DNA of 64,000 nucleotides from an uncultured virus (IMG/VR IMGVR_UViG_3300023171_000012) (Duplodnaviria; Heunggongvirae; Uroviricota; Caudoviricetes), in the IMG/VR virus record IMGVR_UViG_3300023171_000012. The stretch is one strand, 5' to 3'. Under the pieces are notes generated by a model. It worked only from the letters and a program-made list of their open reading frames with translations, had not been told where the DNA came from and ran no database searches. The translations under genes were made by a program, and so were the position numbers. This document shows, piece by piece, positions 48,404-56,964 of this stretch. Numbering within the stretch: the stretch's first letter is position 1; every line of letters starts with the position of its first letter.

Positions 48404-49045
48404 ATGTCAAACAACAAAAACATAGGAGGCAGGCCGGGGGTTATTGTATTAAATGTCAATGGTGACAGCCGCAAATGGAGTAAGAGCCGGAAGCCCGTGA
48501 AGGTGGAAATCATCGCGCTAACAGTGCAAGGCGGAGAAATCAATTTGGATGGTGTGACGTATCGGGCGGAGACAATGCCGGGTTTCCCAGCAAATGGGGA
48601 ATACAAATTCGCGGAAGTCCGTGGTGCGGAGGTTGCGAAATACCCTAAGGGCCATGATCCAATTACCGGACTGAATGACGAGGGAATGAATCCAGAGGAT
48701 GCTGCCATGTACGCGGACATTATTGAGCATGCCCGGATTGAATACAGAGACCGGAAAGATTCCTCCCTCATGGATTGTTTCGTGGAGTTTCTTCACTTCC
48801 ACCAGCGTGATCCAGCCAAGGCGAGAAAGTTTTACAAGACGCTCGTGTTGGATGGGTGGTTGTCGCCGGACCGTGACACAATGGAACATGTCAAACTTGA
48901 GAGACGTCGCCGGGAGAAGGAAATGGAACCGACAGCGGAAGAGATGAGAGAATGGGAAGAGCGAATGAAGATCGAAATGGCGGACATGCCACCTATGCCG
49001 TTAACACGGGAAGAGTGGGCGGCGATTGAGGCTTTTGAGGTTTGA
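48404..49045 (+). CDS. Hypothetical protein ending in EAFEV
   Basis: TAGACA-N17-TAGTTT promoter 5 nt before the ATG. Confidence 0.65.
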   Translation: MSNNKNIGGRPGVIVLNVNGDSRKWSKSRKPVKVEIIALTVQGGEINLDGVTYRAETMPGFPANGEYKFAEVRGAEVAKYPKGHDPITGLNDEGMNPEDAAMYADIIEHARIEYRDRKDSSLMDCFVEFLHFHQRDPAKARKFYKTLVLDGWLSPDRDTMEHVKLERRRREKEMEPTAEEMREWEERMKIEMADMPPMPLTREEWAAIEAFEV

Positions 49046-49082
49046 CTTGTCGTTTTGTCATGCCTTGGCTAGCATCTGAGGC

Positions 49083-49706
49083 ATGACCGTTAAAAACCGG
49101 ACTAATTTGACGCCGGAAGCATGGGGCGAAATCAAGACTATGATCTGCTCCGGCGTTGGTGCTATCCAAGTTTCGAAACTCTTCAGTATCGGAATTGATA
49201 CGATCTATGGGCGGGCGAATCGTGAGAATTGGCCAACCCCCGGACGTAGGGCGAAAGCGATGAGGGCCGCACGGGCGGCGGAAGGGCCTGTTTCCAGCGA
49301 AATCCAGCCCCAAATCAGTAACTTTGAGACACAAAGTGTGCCAAGTCCGAAAGAAAAAGCAGAAAAGCCAGGAAATGTCGCATTTTTAGGGTCTGAAGAC
49401 GGGAAATGCGACGTTTCGATTCAGCAATCTCTCCTTTCCCTGATCGAAGCTCCCCCGGAAACGTTCCAATTGGAGTTTGGTAAGGTCATGCAACGTCTTA
49501 TTGCTGAGGGAGTTCCAAACATCGAGCCGCCGCGCAATATCAATGAACTGAAAACCATCGCCGCTCTATGGTCTAAGGCGAGTGGCCTTGACGCGAAAGC
49601 CAGTGGCCCGACCAATGCGCCACTGGTCAATCCCATGAGGACAGTTACTCGCCGTAGCTCGGGGACCGTGGTAGAGGTGGATGGGATAGAGGATTTCGAG
49701 GTGTAG
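49083..49706 (+). CDS. Putative terminase small subunit (N-terminal HTH), ending in EDFEV
   Basis: W..IK.....G.....S..F.I...TI..RA.RE.W pattern typical of TerS-like HTH; upstream of TerL. Confidence 0.55.
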   Translation: MTVKNRTNLTPEAWGEIKTMICSGVGAIQVSKLFSIGIDTIYGRANRENWPTPGRRAKAMRAARAAEGPVSSEIQPQISNFETQSVPSPKEKAEKPGNVAFLGSEDGKCDVSIQQSLLSLIEAPPETFQLEFGKVMQRLIAEGVPNIEPPRNINELKTIAALWSKASGLDAKASGPTNAPLVNPMRTVTRRSSGTVVEVDGIEDFEV

Positions 49707-49941
49707 CTGTCATGGAAATACCCAGCTTGGAATTCAGGGGGTATTGCTTACGCAGTGACAAGGATGGATCACTGGTATTAGTGTCATGGTGGAAGTCGTG
49801 ACTACTATCATGACGAGCCGGGGGCGTGGTGCTCGCGTTGAGTGGGGACCAAGGTGGAAGGGCGGCGGGTGGTCCCCTACCCGACCCCCACCACGACGCC
49901 AGGATTGTGCGATCGCACCTTCTACGAAATCCCCAATTTCT

Positions 49942-50053
49942 GACTTGTAAGGTTGTAGGGTTGTATCCGACATGGGAATTCCCATATCCAGAAACCCCCT
50001 ATAAATTTTTCCCAAAAATAACACTTGTAAGGTTGTAAGAAGTGTCATAAAAG
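49942..50053 (+). promoter_or_regulatory. Two operator-like CTTGTAAGGTTGTA boxes (49944-49957, 50024-50037) and promoter for the HTH-recombinase operon
   Basis: Exact 14-bp repeat; reverse complement of the motif at 4053, 52157 and 56316. Confidence 0.6.
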
Positions 50054-50062
50054 AACCCCGCC

Positions 50063-50374
50063 ATGAATATTAATCAGCAAATTCAAGAAGTGTATCACCT
50101 CGCAGGATCAAAAACGTGTGGGTGTTGTGCGGGAAAAGGGGAAGTCCAAAATTCCGAAGCCATCGGCAAGGAGATCCGCGCCCGACGCGAGGCAGCAGGG
50201 CTAATCATCGCGGAGGTCGCCAAGCGTGTGAATCTCAAACCAAGGTATCTCCATCTTTTGGAGGAGGGAGAGAAGTTTTGGTACACTCATGACCTTCGTG
50301 AGGTTCTCAAAGCCCTAGACCCAGCTTGGGTAAAGACCACCCCTCCCGAACCCCCAACTACCCTCATCTTATGA
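50063..50374 (+). CDS. XRE-family HTH protein with N-terminal CxxCxGxG
   Basis: IRARREAAGL...EVAKRV......L..LEEG motif. Confidence 0.75.
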   Translation: MNINQQIQEVYHLAGSKTCGCCAGKGEVQNSEAIGKEIRARREAAGLIIAEVAKRVNLKPRYLHLLEEGEKFWYTHDLREVLKALDPAWVKTTPPEPPTTLIL

Positions 50375-51000
50375 GCACTCCAGTCGCAATCCTCGTCCGC
50401 GTCTCCACCCAGAAGCAGGAGACAGATCGTCAGATCCACGAACTGACCCAGCTCGCCGCAGCCCGCAACTGGCATGTCACCGAGACCGTGTTCGAGCATG
50501 GAGTATCCGGTGCCGTCGACACCCGTCCAGGACTGGAGCGGTGCTTGGAGCTGGCCCGCGCCGGAACCATTGAGAAGGTGCTCGTCCATGAAGTGAGCCG
50601 TGTGGCGCGGAAGAACTCCATCGCCCACAAGTTCCTGGAGGATCTCGCCGAACTGAAGGTCTCACTCTACTGGCATGCCCACAGCATTGAGACCCTGCTA
50701 CCGAATGGTAAGCAGAACCCCGCCGCGTCCATCATGTTTTCCTTGCTGGCCGAGTTCGCCCGGGCCGAGCGGGAACTGATGCGGGAGCGCACCATGTCCG
50801 GTGTGGCTGAAGCCCGCCGCCGGGGAGTGGTGATGGGCAGACCCAAAGGGACCACAACACCTGATGATGTCATCCTCACCAAATACCCCGATGTCGCCCG
50901 CCAGCTCCGCGCCGGTCAGTCCATCCGCCATGCAGCGGCAATCACCGGGAAAAGCAAAGCCACCGTGGAGAAAATCAAGAAACTACTTGTCAGAGTGTAG
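50371..51000 (+). CDS. Serine recombinase (resolvase/invertase type) with C-terminal HTH
   Basis: RVST..Q, SG....RPGL, SRVAR, AE.ER....ERT..G...A and GRP motifs. Confidence 0.92.
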   Translation: MSTPVAILVRVSTQKQETDRQIHELTQLAAARNWHVTETVFEHGVSGAVDTRPGLERCLELARAGTIEKVLVHEVSRVARKNSIAHKFLEDLAELKVSLYWHAHSIETLLPNGKQNPAASIMFSLLAEFARAERELMRERTMSGVAEARRRGVVMGRPKGTTTPDDVILTKYPDVARQLRAGQSIRHAAAITGKSKATVEKIKKLLVRV

Positions 51001-51029
51001 GAATGTCTGTAACACCAGCGCACACCACC

Positions 51030-51479
51030 ATGAAAACGCAAATAAATCATCCTCCCCTACTTCCCGGATTCTCTCCTGCCGTGAATGGCCCTCTCAAAGT
51101 CCTTGCCATGGGAGATCAAATTGAGGATGTCGCTTATTACTACCCCGGCGAGCATGATGGGGAATACTGGATTACGAGCACTTACGGGCTTGACTCGGAA
51201 GCACTTTATTCCCTCCGTCTCGGCTCCGAGATTCTGGAACTAAATGAAGCCATGTTCAATACGGCCACCTCTGCGAGGCGGCTCCGCCCGGACATTGGTG
51301 TTCCATACTCCCACATCACCGTCCGCGAGGGCTTCGCCATTCAGATCCTGGCGGGCATGAAAGCAGACCGTGCTCGGGATGCCATCACAAATACTGATGG
51401 TGTCACCGTAGCCCAAGCCATGGCGAAAGAAGCCGTGGTCCAGGCCGACGCGCTCATCTCCGAACTCAACAAACCATGA
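51030..51479 (+). CDS. Hypothetical phage protein
   Basis: C-terminal T.RE.FA...LAG....A..AV..ADALI.EL motif. Confidence 0.6.
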   Translation: MKTQINHPPLLPGFSPAVNGPLKVLAMGDQIEDVAYYYPGEHDGEYWITSTYGLDSEALYSLRLGSEILELNEAMFNTATSARRLRPDIGVPYSHITVREGFAIQILAGMKADRARDAITNTDGVTVAQAMAKEAVVQADALISELNKP

Positions 51480-51658
51480 ACGATACACCCCCACCAAGAA
51501 AAGTTGGCAGACCCGCCACCGGCAGAACGAAAGTCAAACTCTCGGCATCCGTGAACAGACAACTGGTGGAAGCCGCCACCCGCGAGGCTTACTCCAAAGG
51601 CGAGAGCCTGTCACAGTGGGTATCCCGCGCCATGCAAAGCCAACTCCTCAAATCATGA
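51476..51658 (+). CDS. Ribbon-helix-helix DNA-binding protein
   Basis: GRP.TG, beta strand KVKLSASV, helix, G.SLSQWV..A. Confidence 0.75.
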   Translation: MNDTPPPRKVGRPATGRTKVKLSASVNRQLVEAATREAYSKGESLSQWVSRAMQSQLLKS

Positions 51659-51867
51659 ACATCCCAATCGCCATCATCGTATTCTGCGGCCCTATGGCCA
51701 TCGCCAACTGGATTTTCGCAATCGCATTCATCAGGCAAACCAACGACATGATGCGAAAGAGCGAATCCGAAGAAGAGACCCTTAAAAGTGGAGGTAAGGC
51801 CATTATGCTTTCTGTCCTGGCATTGCTTTTTACCGCGCTCACCACCGGAGCTGCATTCGCCCTATGA
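51655..51867 (+). CDS. Small two-TM membrane protein
   Basis: Two hydrophobic helices; coupled. Confidence 0.5.
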   Translation: MNIPIAIIVFCGPMAIANWIFAIAFIRQTNDMMRKSESEEETLKSGGKAIMLSVLALLFTALTTGAAFAL

Positions 51868-52049
51868 ACCCTCGTGGCTGCATGCAGATCCTCGTCTCAC
51901 TGATTGTCGTGGGCCTGTTCCTCGCAGTCACCTTGTATTTCGTCCTGAACCCGATCTATGTGATCTACCAAAAGGAGCGTCACATGACGCCTCCCACCAT
52001 CCAATACACCTACCGACTAACACTGAAACACGATGAAATTGATCCTTGA
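51864..52049 (+). CDS. Small single-TM protein
   Basis: Hydrophobic N-half; coupled. Confidence 0.5.
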   Translation: MNPRGCMQILVSLIVVGLFLAVTLYFVLNPIYVIYQKERHMTPPTIQYTYRLTLKHDEIDP

Positions 52050-52077
52050 CACCACCCCGTCCGCGTAGGATTCTCCC

Positions 52078-52143
52078 CTCGCTGTTTCATGTGTGTATCT
52101 GAGACCCGTCTGTGCTTCCCTTAGTGCAGGCGGGTTTTTCTTT
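52078..52143 (+). ncRNA. Candidate small RNA (about 65 nt) with anti-start-codon seed
   Basis: TTGACA at 52046, unpaired TGTTTCATGTGTGTAT, then a terminator. Confidence 0.4.
52104..52143 (+). terminator. Intrinsic terminator
   Basis: ACCCGTCTGTGCT/AGTGCAGGCGGGT stem followed by a T run. Confidence 0.75.
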
Positions 52144-52182
52144 ACTTGACGACACCCCTACAATCTTGCAATCTGACGCCAG

Positions 52183-52446
52183 ATGAATGTTGAACAGTCC
52201 CTGCGTGAGATCACACGCCGCACCCCCAAGCCCCCGAATGTCCGTGCGGGACATGGCCAATGGATCGACCCCGCCCGCGTGGTCCAGGGACTTGTGGAGA
52301 AAGGCTGGAGTGTCTCCGACGCCGTGCGCGAGGTCATTGCCAGCCACAAGCTGCATCCACCGGACAAGGCATTCAAGGGCATCCGCGCCGCGTATTACGT
52401 CGTGGTGAAGCAGTCGAAGGAACCTGTTGAGGATTTTGAGGTATGA
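52183..52446 (+). CDS. Hypothetical protein ending in EDFEV
   Basis: TTGACG-N17-CAATCT promoter with operator motif just upstream. Confidence 0.65.
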   Translation: MNVEQSLREITRRTPKPPNVRAGHGQWIDPARVVQGLVEKGWSVSDAVREVIASHKLHPPDKAFKGIRAAYYVVVKQSKEPVEDFEV

Positions 52447-52733
52447 TGGACCCCGTGAATTGCGACTGGTGCCACTGCTCTTTCGTCCCTACGCCGGACA
52501 GCTTCGTGGAGACAGGATTTGGTGTCTTCCCCGAGACCGAGGACTGGCAAGGCCCACAAGAGCCTGTCGGCGGTCTCGACATCACCAATATCCCTGAAGA
52601 ACAGAAAGCCGAATTAAAGGAAGCCATGCAGCTCGATGACGAGCAGCTCACCCAGCTTCTGAAGGAAGGCGTCATTGACAAGGAGACTTCCTGCCTGTGC
52701 CCGGACTGTCTCGACACGGAGGGCTGCGACTGA
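52443..52733 (+). CDS. Acidic Zn-finger protein
   Basis: CDWC...CPDC motifs. Confidence 0.6.
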   Translation: MMDPVNCDWCHCSFVPTPDSFVETGFGVFPETEDWQGPQEPVGGLDITNIPEEQKAELKEAMQLDDEQLTQLLKEGVIDKETSCLCPDCLDTEGCD

Positions 52734-52737
52734 TTTT

Positions 52738-53022
52738 ATGAACCTACTCCCTGACCCCACACCCGAAGGCATCGCCTGCCTCGACGATTCCTATGCGTAT
52801 GCCCTCATCGGCCGCACGATCCACCCTGACGGCGAGACCCGGTTCTGCTACTCCCTGAGCAAGATGCTCAAGCGCGAGAATGTGGCTCCGGCGGAGATCT
52901 TCAAGCTCGTCCAGGAGGTCACTGCGGATCTCGGCGACCGTGCTCCGCTGTTCATCGACGACTCTGTTTCCACCGAGGAGAAGGTAAGGATTCTCGGACC
53001 TTCGGGGGAATTGCTGAACTGA
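52738..53022 (+). CDS. Hypothetical phage protein
   Basis: D...ALIG...Y...KM...G..APLF pattern. Confidence 0.6.
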   Translation: MNLLPDPTPEGIACLDDSYAYALIGRTIHPDGETRFCYSLSKMLKRENVAPAEIFKLVQEVTADLGDRAPLFIDDSVSTEEKVRILGPSGELLN

Positions 53023-53024
53023 GT

Positions 53025-56000
53025 ATGAGCAGAGGAAGACCACCTAAGATTACCCCCGCACCTGCGCTGAACTATTACGGTTTGGAGCGGTTGGGGTATG
53101 CCAGTGCAATCCCCCTGACAGGTGACTATTTTGCAGATCAGCTCACTATTGAGTTTATCTGCTTTCGTATTTCACATCGTCGGAGTGAAGGCGGTCTGGA
53201 TAGGTTTGGGCACATGAAGAAGGGCATCGACCTTCTTTACAATAACCCGGATCGGCCCTCCATGAAGTCGCTGGTCTGGAACCCTTGGGCCGAGCGCATG
53301 ATGAGGAAAGCCTGTGAGTGCTCAGAGCTTTCGGTCGCTGGCCCGACCTCCGCTGGAAAATGCTGGTCCCCTGAAACGCCCATTCTCCGATTTGATGGCA
53401 CAATATGCCGGGCTGATGAAGTTCGGCCGGGGGATCTTCTCATGGGCGATGACAGTCAGCCGCGAACCGTCCAAGAAGTGCATTCGGGAACCGGCCCGAT
53501 GTATCAGGTCACACCAATTCAAGGCGAACCATGGAGATGTACACCCGAGCATGTTCTCGTCTTGAAGAGAGCCTTCGCTCCTAAAAAATGCTGGAGACGC
53601 GTGGGGGAGATTACAGAAGTATCGGCAGAGGATTATTTCAATGCCAGCATTCAATTCAAACGACAACATAAGCAGTTCTGTGTTGGCGTGGAATTTCCTG
53701 AACAACCAGTCCCCTTCGATCCCCGTTTGCTTGGGATATGGCTCGGCGACGGACACTATCATGGCTGCCGCATTTCCATACCCGACATCGAGCCTGACGT
53801 TCTAGCATACGTCCGTGAATGGGCAGGTCCCGCAGGGTATCAGGTTGTGGTTCCAAAAGATTGGAACCCCGGCTGCCCGAGCTACCCAATCTATCCAGTA
53901 AAACAGATAGAAGGTTTTGGGAGAGGCCGTAACCCGTTGGCTCAGTTTTTCAAAAGCAATATACGGGATGGAGAGAAACGCATCCGTCCCGAGTATCTCA
54001 TCAATTCCCGGAAAGTCCGGCTGGAGCTTCTTGCCGGGTTGCTTGACACGGATGGGCATGCTGCCGGGACATACTTTGAAATAGCCACAAAGTATGGAGG
54101 GTTGAAAGATGATATTCTTTTCTTGGCACGATCTCTCGGATTTCGTGTGACGGCGACACACCGCTTGGCAACATGCCAGGGGAAAAAATTCCCATCTTGG
54201 AGAATCAATATCATGGGGGAGCTGTCGGAGATTCCTACTCTTCGGAAGAAGTGCCGAGACAAAACTCTCCGGGTGAATTCAGACCAGACAGGAATCACGG
54301 TCTCCAAGGTGGAAGATGGCCCTTGGGTCGGCTTCTCCGTGGACGGGAATCACCGGCTCCTGCTTGGAGACTTCACTGTGAGTCACAATTCAGACCCTTA
54401 CGCCGCGTATGCCCTGTTCAGCTATATTGCGGACCCGACACACACCAAAGTCCTCATCATGTCCACCACGTTGGACGGTGCGAAGCTGCGGATCTGGAAA
54501 ACTTTCCGAGAATATGTGTCCGCGCTGCCCAATCTTCCGGGAAAACCTCAATGGAGCACCAACCGGATTCAGGGGCCAAATTACGCAGGAGATGGCTACG
54601 GCGATTCCTCCGGGGTTATGCTTCTGGCATCTGAAAAGTCTCGGGAGAGGGATGCCTTGGAAAAGATGCTGGGGATCAAGGCCCCCATGACAGGTCGGCC
54701 GGACAAGACTTTCGAGGCTCTGAAAGCTCGACCGGAGTTTGCCGATCTCGCAGAACAGTTCGATGATGAGTATCTTGAAGACCTGCTCCCCCGCTTGGCC
54801 AATCTCACAGATGACCGCGCCGGGAAGTTGATCTTAATCGTCGATGAAGCAACAGGACTCTCTGAATCCCTACTCCAAGCGATCAACCTGAACATGAAGC
54901 CCGGCAACGCCGGAAACCTTCAGGTCATTATGATTGCCAACCCGCATCTACATTGGGACGCCCACGGAATTTTCAGTGAACCAAAAGTCGGGTGGGAGAA
55001 TATCACTATCGACGATGAGGAGTGGGAGACAAAAACCGGAGGAACTTGCATCCGATTCAACGGTGAAAAGAACCCGCGTCTCACAGAGAAGAACGAGCGA
55101 TATGTCTGGATGCTTTCCCAGCAACGGATCGAAGATATTGCCCGCGACTCCGGCGGAAAAGGCAGTATCGGGTACTGGCGAATGGTTTTAGGGGCCTGGC
55201 TACCACAAGGTTCTGATTCGGGCATTTACAGCCAAGCAGACATCGAGCAGGCGGGAGCGATGAAGAAGGCGGTTTGGGGGTTCAGGCCACCAATCATAAT
55301 TTCCGCGCTGGATACCGCCTACACCAGCGGCGGGGACAAATCGAGCTGTTCATTCTTCAATTTTGGGCTTGATACCGAAGGCATCCAGACCTTGGAGCTT
55401 ATCGAGCAAATCGCCATCAAGACGGACATCAATGACCTGAGCCGCCCGATTAGCTACCAGATGGTCCATAACTGGCGGAAAGAGTGCAAGGCTCGCGGTG
55501 TGCTGCCGGAGCATGCTTGCTTCGATTCCACTGGTGGCGGGATCTCATTCGCGGACATCGTGAAAACCCAATGGTCTTCTCAAGTGCTCGGAATCAGCGC
55601 AGGCGGCAAAGCCCCGAAGGTTGCCGTCGGCAGTGAAAAAGACCGCGATGGCAAGCCTGTGCTGGCCTCTGACCGCTTCTTCAACAGAGCCACCCAGTTG
55701 TGGCTTGGAGCGATGCCGTTCCTGCGCTCCGGCCAGATAAAAGGTATCCCCATGGCACTCGCCAAGGAAATCATCTCCAGGCAGTATGACAAGACCGGAG
55801 CTGCCGACGGACGGACGCTGAAGATCGAAGGAAAAAGAATTTTCAAGTCGCGGGAGAAGCACTCTCCCGATGATTCAGACAGCTTCTTCCTCGGCATCGA
55901 GTTGGCGAAGGTCCGTCTCGGATTCAAACCTTCGGAACAAGCGGCAGCACCTGAAATGGTGACAGGCCGAAGTGGTGTCGGAACGTGGAAAGCGTTTTGC

Positions 56001-56042
56001 AACAAAGCCCGGCGCATCACGACGAAAAGAGGTCTCCAATGA
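53025..56042 (+). CDS. terL: Terminase large subunit containing an intein
   Basis: Walker A GPTSAGK|S, Walker B LIVDEA, coupling motif IANP, nuclease LD.A..GGD, FDSTG and SPD..D. Confidence 0.9.
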   Translation: MSRGRPPKITPAPALNYYGLERLGYASAIPLTGDYFADQLTIEFICFRISHRRSEGGLDRFGHMKKGIDLLYNNPDRPSMKSLVWNPWAERMMRKACECSELSVAGPTSAGKCWSPETPILRFDGTICRADEVRPGDLLMGDDSQPRTVQEVHSGTGPMYQVTPIQGEPWRCTPEHVLVLKRAFAPKKCWRRVGEITEVSAEDYFNASIQFKRQHKQFCVGVEFPEQPVPFDPRLLGIWLGDGHYHGCRISIPDIEPDVLAYVREWAGPAGYQVVVPKDWNPGCPSYPIYPVKQIEGFGRGRNPLAQFFKSNIRDGEKRIRPEYLINSRKVRLELLAGLLDTDGHAAGTYFEIATKYGGLKDDILFLARSLGFRVTATHRLATCQGKKFPSWRINIMGELSEIPTLRKKCRDKTLRVNSDQTGITVSKVEDGPWVGFSVDGNHRLLLGDFTVSHNSDPYAAYALFSYIADPTHTKVLIMSTTLDGAKLRIWKTFREYVSALPNLPGKPQWSTNRIQGPNYAGDGYGDSSGVMLLASEKSRERDALEKMLGIKAPMTGRPDKTFEALKARPEFADLAEQFDDEYLEDLLPRLANLTDDRAGKLILIVDEATGLSESLLQAINLNMKPGNAGNLQVIMIANPHLHWDAHGIFSEPKVGWENITIDDEEWETKTGGTCIRFNGEKNPRLTEKNERYVWMLSQQRIEDIARDSGGKGSIGYWRMVLGAWLPQGSDSGIYSQADIEQAGAMKKAVWGFRPPIIISALDTAYTSGGDKSSCSFFNFGLDTEGIQTLELIEQIAIKTDINDLSRPISYQMVHNWRKECKARGVLPEHACFDSTGGGISFADIVKTQWSSQVLGISAGGKAPKVAVGSEKDRDGKPVLASDRFFNRATQLWLGAMPFLRSGQIKGIPMALAKEIISRQYDKTGAADGRTLKIEGKRIFKSREKHSPDDSDSFFLGIELAKVRLGFKPSEQAAAPEMVTGRSGVGTWKAFCNKARRITTKRGLQ
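53361..54389 (+). mobile_element. Intein (343 aa) with LAGLIDADG homing endonuclease
   Basis: Starts C-W-S-P-E-T, block B CTPEH, LLGIWLGDG and LLAGLLDTDG, ends TVSHN followed by Ser. Confidence 0.95.
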
Positions 56043-56299
56043 CCGAACAAGAAGCAGAAGAACTGATCCAGAGCACGGCAGCGAAGCTCGGCGAGCATTT
56101 TGACGCCGTGCAGATTCTCGCTTCATGGACCGAAGAGGGGGCCACCACCTGCGTGAAGCGCGGAGCAGGCAACTGGTACGCCCGGCAGGGCATGTGCCAT
56201 GAGTTCATCACTTCCAGCGTTTCCGAAGAAAATGCCGCAGCCCTTTCACGGGTTCTCCCACAGCCGCCGTCCGATGATTCCGACTCTTGGAAAGACTGA
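56039..56299 (+). CDS. Hypothetical protein
   Basis: L.EHFD.VQI...GNWYAR.G motif; coupled. Confidence 0.65.
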   Translation: MTEQEAEELIQSTAAKLGEHFDAVQILASWTEEGATTCVKRGAGNWYARQGMCHEFITSSVSEENAAALSRVLPQPPSDDSDSWKD

Positions 56300-56352
56300 A
56301 TCAAACATTGACAACCCTACAATCTTAAATCAATCTTCGCGCCTCAACCAAC

Positions 56353-56964
56353 ATGGTAATCTGCATCCCTTTCCATCCGAACCTCACGGACTACCGCCAA
56401 CTCGCCGCCGAACTGAAAAAGCGCGGCAACCTGAGCAACCACGTCCTGCTGGTGATCTCGGAAGCGGAGCATGAGGATGAAGCGTACCAGTTCGGCACCG
56501 AAGTTGCGGATCTGTTCCTCAAATCCCTCTCGAAGACCCTGCCTGCCGTCGAACGTCGGAAAGCGCAGCTCGCCAATGACCTGTTCATCACCGCAGCCCG
56601 GTTCGTCTATCGTTACAAGGCCCAAGATGACGAAATCCCAGATCCCGCGCTGTTGTATTTCGATCCGACCTTCCGGCCGACGAAATCAGGCTGGCTCGAT
56701 GCCATCCAGTCCGAGTATTACCTGATGCAGGCTCCGCAGATTTTCGGAGCTGCCACGGTGGACACCGAAGGTGCCAAGATCTTCAACGGTCCATTGGTGA
56801 TTTCGAAGGAATTCGCCCCGAATTCGGGTCTTCTTGACTTTATCCCGGAAAATGTGCATTGGAGAACCCATCTGCGCTGGGAATTGACCAAGAATTCCCG
56901 TGAGACCCGTCTCATCGGACCAGGTGCCGAGTCAGTCCTCAAGCTGCCACCCGTCAAAAAATGA
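56353..56964 (+). CDS. Hypothetical protein (possibly degenerate GT-A-like fold)
   Basis: 203 aa, own promoter at 56308, coupled to the portal gene. Confidence 0.6.
   Translation: MVICIPFHPNLTDYRQLAAELKKRGNLSNHVLLVISEAEHEDEAYQFGTEVADLFLKSLSKTLPAVERRKAQLANDLFITAARFVYRYKAQDDEIPDPALLYFDPTFRPTKSGWLDAIQSEYYLMQAPQIFGAATVDTEGAKIFNGPLVISKEFAPNSGLLDFIPENVHWRTHLRWELTKNSRETRLIGPGAESVLKLPPVKK

Noticed and set aside
50371..51000. Tail-fibre invertible cassette or transposon driven by the serine recombinase
   Set aside because: No adjacent inverted tail-fibre segments, terminal inverted repeats or transposase were seen.
51655..52049. Holin/spanin lysis cassette from small membrane proteins
   Set aside because: No endolysin is recognisable in the window, and hydrophobicity alone is insufficient.
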